Part shown: one piece after another, positions 45,101-46,316 of the stretch
How the letters are laid out: each line of letters begins with the position of its first letter
Numbering within the stretch: position 1 is the stretch's first letter
Source of the DNA: SAR324 cluster bacterium
Lineage (GTDB): Bacteria > SAR324 > JACQKK01
Direction: 5' to 3'
DNA: 46,316 nucleotides
Assembly: GCA_022573975.1 (NCBI GenBank)
Contig: JACZSY010000002.1
Coordinates: 1 to 46,316 of the forward strand
Notes under the pieces: generated by a model
The model's database searches: none
Told to the model about the DNA's origin: nothing
The model's input: the letters and a program-made list of their open reading frames with translations, nothing else
Translations under genes and position numbers: made by a program

Positions 45101-45411
45101 CGCGCATCGGCCAGCGCCAGCAGCATTTCATCGTAGAACCGCCCCTTGGGGAATTTTTGCAAATAGGCCAGGGCATGGCGAACCGTTTCATCGGTGCGTC
45201 CGGCCTGCTGGCTGTCCCGCAGATCGTTGCGGGCGCGGAATTCCTCGATGCCGCCGGGGAGCGTCTGGCCCCATGCGGCGCCAGGCAACCCTCCGTGAGG
45301 CATCGCGATGAAAATGGCGCAAGCCAACCCGGCGGCCACCAGCCAGCGGATGCTCCCCGGCGGCGATACCCGGCGGATGCGCCCTGTTTTGGATTTCAGG
45401 ATACGTTCCAT
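42136..45411 (-). CDS. large secreted tetratricopeptide-repeat protein (1091 aa)
   Basis: Signal/anchor segment WLVAAGLACAIFIAM. Recurrent TPR-like A..Y......P....A..A.....G patterns run along the whole length. Confidence 0.8.
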   Translation of the reverse strand: MERILKSKTGRIRRVSPPGSIRWLVAAGLACAIFIAMPHGGLPGAAWGQTLPGGIEEFRARNDLRDSQQAGRTDETVRHALAYLQKFPKGRFYDEMLLALADARNKQGRPNAALRAYKTLIENFPNSPFRARALFDSLAPLVALGKHKDAYATVELLIEGFPDSVMRGQALFWKARMLDAKGESAEVVRTLKRIRLDRDLPPGKEAEFLRLQVVHLTRSGKPAWTPLQNYLRTGDTDARKAEVLILVAETAREGGRAPEAFQYYRQVAEDFPVPSQMDEGLFWRAELFARHRLPSADKTQRPARLETAIGYYSAYLKFGGKKYAVQALLGRAGLNRETDRHKEALADYETAVALDGSLKGKKEITKARIELHLTLKQKNKAALLLGALFKGKDLQPGDRIAYRLELAGIYYEQRKCENVEQLLNPMPIIADRALRPRATFFRGFCRYRLQQWKKASLDLEKLVNDPEYHALVQKPLLSAYRKSRQYFRLANLTEELLQAKRLAPSAETFLDLAVAYQRLKDPAMLLATYRRLEKLDAEAVAGVAVQLKLAEAERALGRKGEAGKRYGALMAKLNRKKGSDPREYLAVLRPLVAFHAENKHFEAAEAALETASNVLRDPEALSAVTAMKRSFFLQWGNHAIREGGPENAIRQLEEALAGIHPSERPARDSVAIMLIAGYLRSGNPGQALKTYRAELGPQAEAAKRAGFTAKVLQSAGEAADALKKSEKRRGLIDFLNKVLVNLPPERSTGYYHSAMVLDRLHQQQRDYPARIALMTSLRRIKLEAKTLREIRHHQSRIHMEWGGVLFKADQPGEARNQWNQALNLLKRAEWRLRYDRVVQLRKIQEPGEHFTDLALYSEEVLPDIKDRKTAGKVRLYLGRLYLNWAGRADEEKNLKSSRIRYLRAMDYLPQNEWEERLEAAKGLSEVLQKLNDPAGAAQAIAQVVAILPDPELAQQYSLSLGVFYREKVKDRKRARIWLAKADRGGNDDISLESAYWLADQEMAARRDKAAIKRLNALVKRKIQRSNWKVPIHYRLALLLHKNNALKLALRHYRIVAREKNPGMKKLYPKVIRQSRRKAREIAAFLKGGGTN

Positions 45412-45764
45412 TGCGCCTTCAATGCTTGAAACTGTTTTTCATCCAAGGGTGCGATGCGGACGACCTTGCTGCGGGATCGCGCGCCGCGCAACAGGGTCAC
45501 CGCGCCTTTCGGCACCCCGGCCGCCTTGGCCAGGAACCGCAGAGCGGCCTGGTTGGCCTTCCCCTCCACCGGTGGGGCGGCCACCCGCAGCTTCAACTCC
45601 GAACCGCCATGGCGCCCCCCCCATCCGGTGCGGGCCGCTCCCGGCTGAATGTACAACCGCAGGATCAACGCTCCCCCCTCGAATCGGTAAGGAGCGGCCT
45701 GGCCGGGGTTATCATTCACCGGGTTGCGAGACACCGGGTTATTTTTCTCCGATCCAGAGTCCAT
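45396..45764 (-). CDS. yggU: DUF167/YggU-family protein
   Basis: LILRLYIQPGAARTG...LKLRVAAPPVEGKANQAALRFLAK matches the YggU core. A GTG at 45734, just after the upstream ORF's stop, is a likely alternative start. Confidence 0.8.
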   Translation of the reverse strand: MDSGSEKNNPVSRNPVNDNPGQAAPYRFEGGALILRLYIQPGAARTGWGGRHGGSELKLRVAAPPVEGKANQAALRFLAKAAGVPKGAVTLLRGARSRSKVVRIAPLDEKQFQALKAQWNVS

Positions 45765-45930
45765 CGTCCGATTCCCCAGCCAAAAGAAAATTCTCCACGC
45801 ATTCCTTGACCTTGAAAAGCAGCCGGTTCAATTCCGAGCGTTGTCCATCGGTAATGCTATCATCCAAAGGGGACATATTGCGCAAAATCGCCTTGCAGGC
45901 GCGAACGGTCTCTAGGTATCTTTGGTCCAT
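45739..45930 (-). CDS. hypothetical 63-aa protein
   Basis: Helical-looking sequence (RSELNRLLFKVKECVENFL). Position is consistent with translational coupling to yggU. No family recognised. Confidence 0.45.
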   Translation of the reverse strand: MDQRYLETVRACKAILRNMSPLDDSITDGQRSELNRLLFKVKECVENFLLAGESDDGLWIGEK

Positions 45931-45970
45931 GGCCGGAAAGGATTAAAGGTGAAGGCGGAGACGATGAAAA

Positions 45971-46003
45971 ATATCGCGGCTTGGCCCGGCGATATTTTTT
46001 TTT
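45971..46003. terminator. factor-independent terminator hairpin (ATATCGC..GCGATAT), with a 9-10 T run on the plus side and a 5 T run on the minus side
   Basis: Read directly in the sequence. Lies between the 63-aa ORF and the hairpin-dense untranslated block. Confidence 0.65.
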
Positions 46004-46199
46004 GCGATACAGCCCCCAGGCGGACGGGGCCGCGTTGGTTTGGCGCCGCCCCGGGGTTGTTTTCGTGTGTAATACATCCCCCGCCGGCGTGCAAGACGCC
46101 GGGCCAGGGAACCCAGGGTGTCCACAAAGTCGTTGAGAACTTTTCCCCCGGTGTAATTTGGACGGTTTCGGGTGTCGCCACGAAGCCTCAACCCCCCGT

Positions 46200-46277
46200 C
46201 CCCCTTCTCCACGGCGTTTTCAAACAGCGTATGGAGAAGGGGGTGACTTCCTTTGCTATATCGTTGTAAATACGACA
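46200..46277. repeat. copy B of the dispersed ~80-nt element (hairpin CCCCCTTCTCC-22 nt-GGAGAAGGGGG, then GGTGACTTCC and one TTGTAAATACGA unit)
   Basis: About 85% identical to 13825-13903. The G-rich box GGAGAGGGGGGGAGGC at 46301-46316 matches 13983-13998. The element is cut by the window end. Confidence 0.85.
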
Positions 46278-46316
46278 CTTTTCTCGTCTTAACCCCCGGG
46301 GGAGAGGGGGGGAGGC

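Noticed and set aside
46010-46028. A ZTP (pfl) riboswitch: the minus strand reads CCGTCCGCCTGGGGGC, resembling the conserved CCGCCUGGGC 3-prime element, followed by a terminator.
   Set aside because: I could not find the 5-prime subdomain (GGGUCGUGACUGGCG and the GGUGG..CCACC helix). The distance to any candidate partner is ~200 nt, and the downstream genes are not purine or folate genes.
45912-46278. Track ORFs 45912-46181 and 45943-46278 (minus) and 45922-46269 (plus) in the right-hand spacer.
   Set aside because: They are mutually overlapping with low-complexity translations, and they cross a terminator hairpin and the conserved noncoding element.
1-46316. Mobile elements, prophage genes, toxin-antitoxin pairs, tRNA or rRNA genes, and known defence-system genes.
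   Set aside because: No transposase, integrase, reverse-transcriptase, nuclease-NTPase or tRNA-like (GGTTCGAATCC-type) signatures were seen on either strand.

Overview
GC-rich chromosomal segment, apparently from a diderm bacterium, since it carries an outer-membrane beta-barrel gene, ftsQ/murBC and a CpxP-like periplasmic protein. I can support about 38 protein genes. I found no rRNA, tRNA, CRISPR array, transposase, integrase or phage gene. Left to right the window contains: (1) orphan protocatechuate 3,4-dioxygenase genes pcaHG, a double-CDGSH Fe-S protein and a fused two-module family III CoA-transferase; (2) a secreted TPR/beta-propeller protein; (3) a long minus-strand gene string murC-murB-ftsQ-dtd, then a cNMP-domain methyltransferase, a HAD hydrolase and a cupin; (4) a plus-strand set of KAS II-like, ABM monooxygenase, leaderless NMT1/THI5-like and EgtD-like histidine methyltransferase genes; (5) an OMP, an LLM/F420-type oxidoreductase and a frameshifted hybrid histidine kinase; (6) an EamA transporter and a class III aminotransferase; (7) a surface-polysaccharide cluster (GT4, epimerase, AsnB-like amidotransferase, WecA/MraY-like initiating transferase, CapD/PglF-like dehydratase); (8) a CpxP/CpxR/CpxA-like envelope stress module; (9) an MFS transporter, OppABC without ATPases, an M50 protease, a 1091-aa TPR protein and yggU. 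I do not see a clear-cut new multi-gene system such as a defence island or RiPP cluster. The signals that the gene list does not explain are these. (a) Short, often perfect, in-frame tandem repeats are unusually dense. They sit in loop or linker regions of at least six proteins, including both partners of the CpxRA-like pair, and several share a CACCGTG core. (b) An ~80-nt noncoding element with an invariant hairpin occurs twice, 32 kb apart. One copy is followed by three 17-nt AT-rich iterons, the other by a hairpin-dense untranslated block that ends at a strong terminator. (c) A G-tract repeat with complementary C-boxes lies in the aminotransferase leader. (d) There are several unusual gene fusions and gene contexts. 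All functional calls come from motif recognition by eye, and start codons are best guesses.
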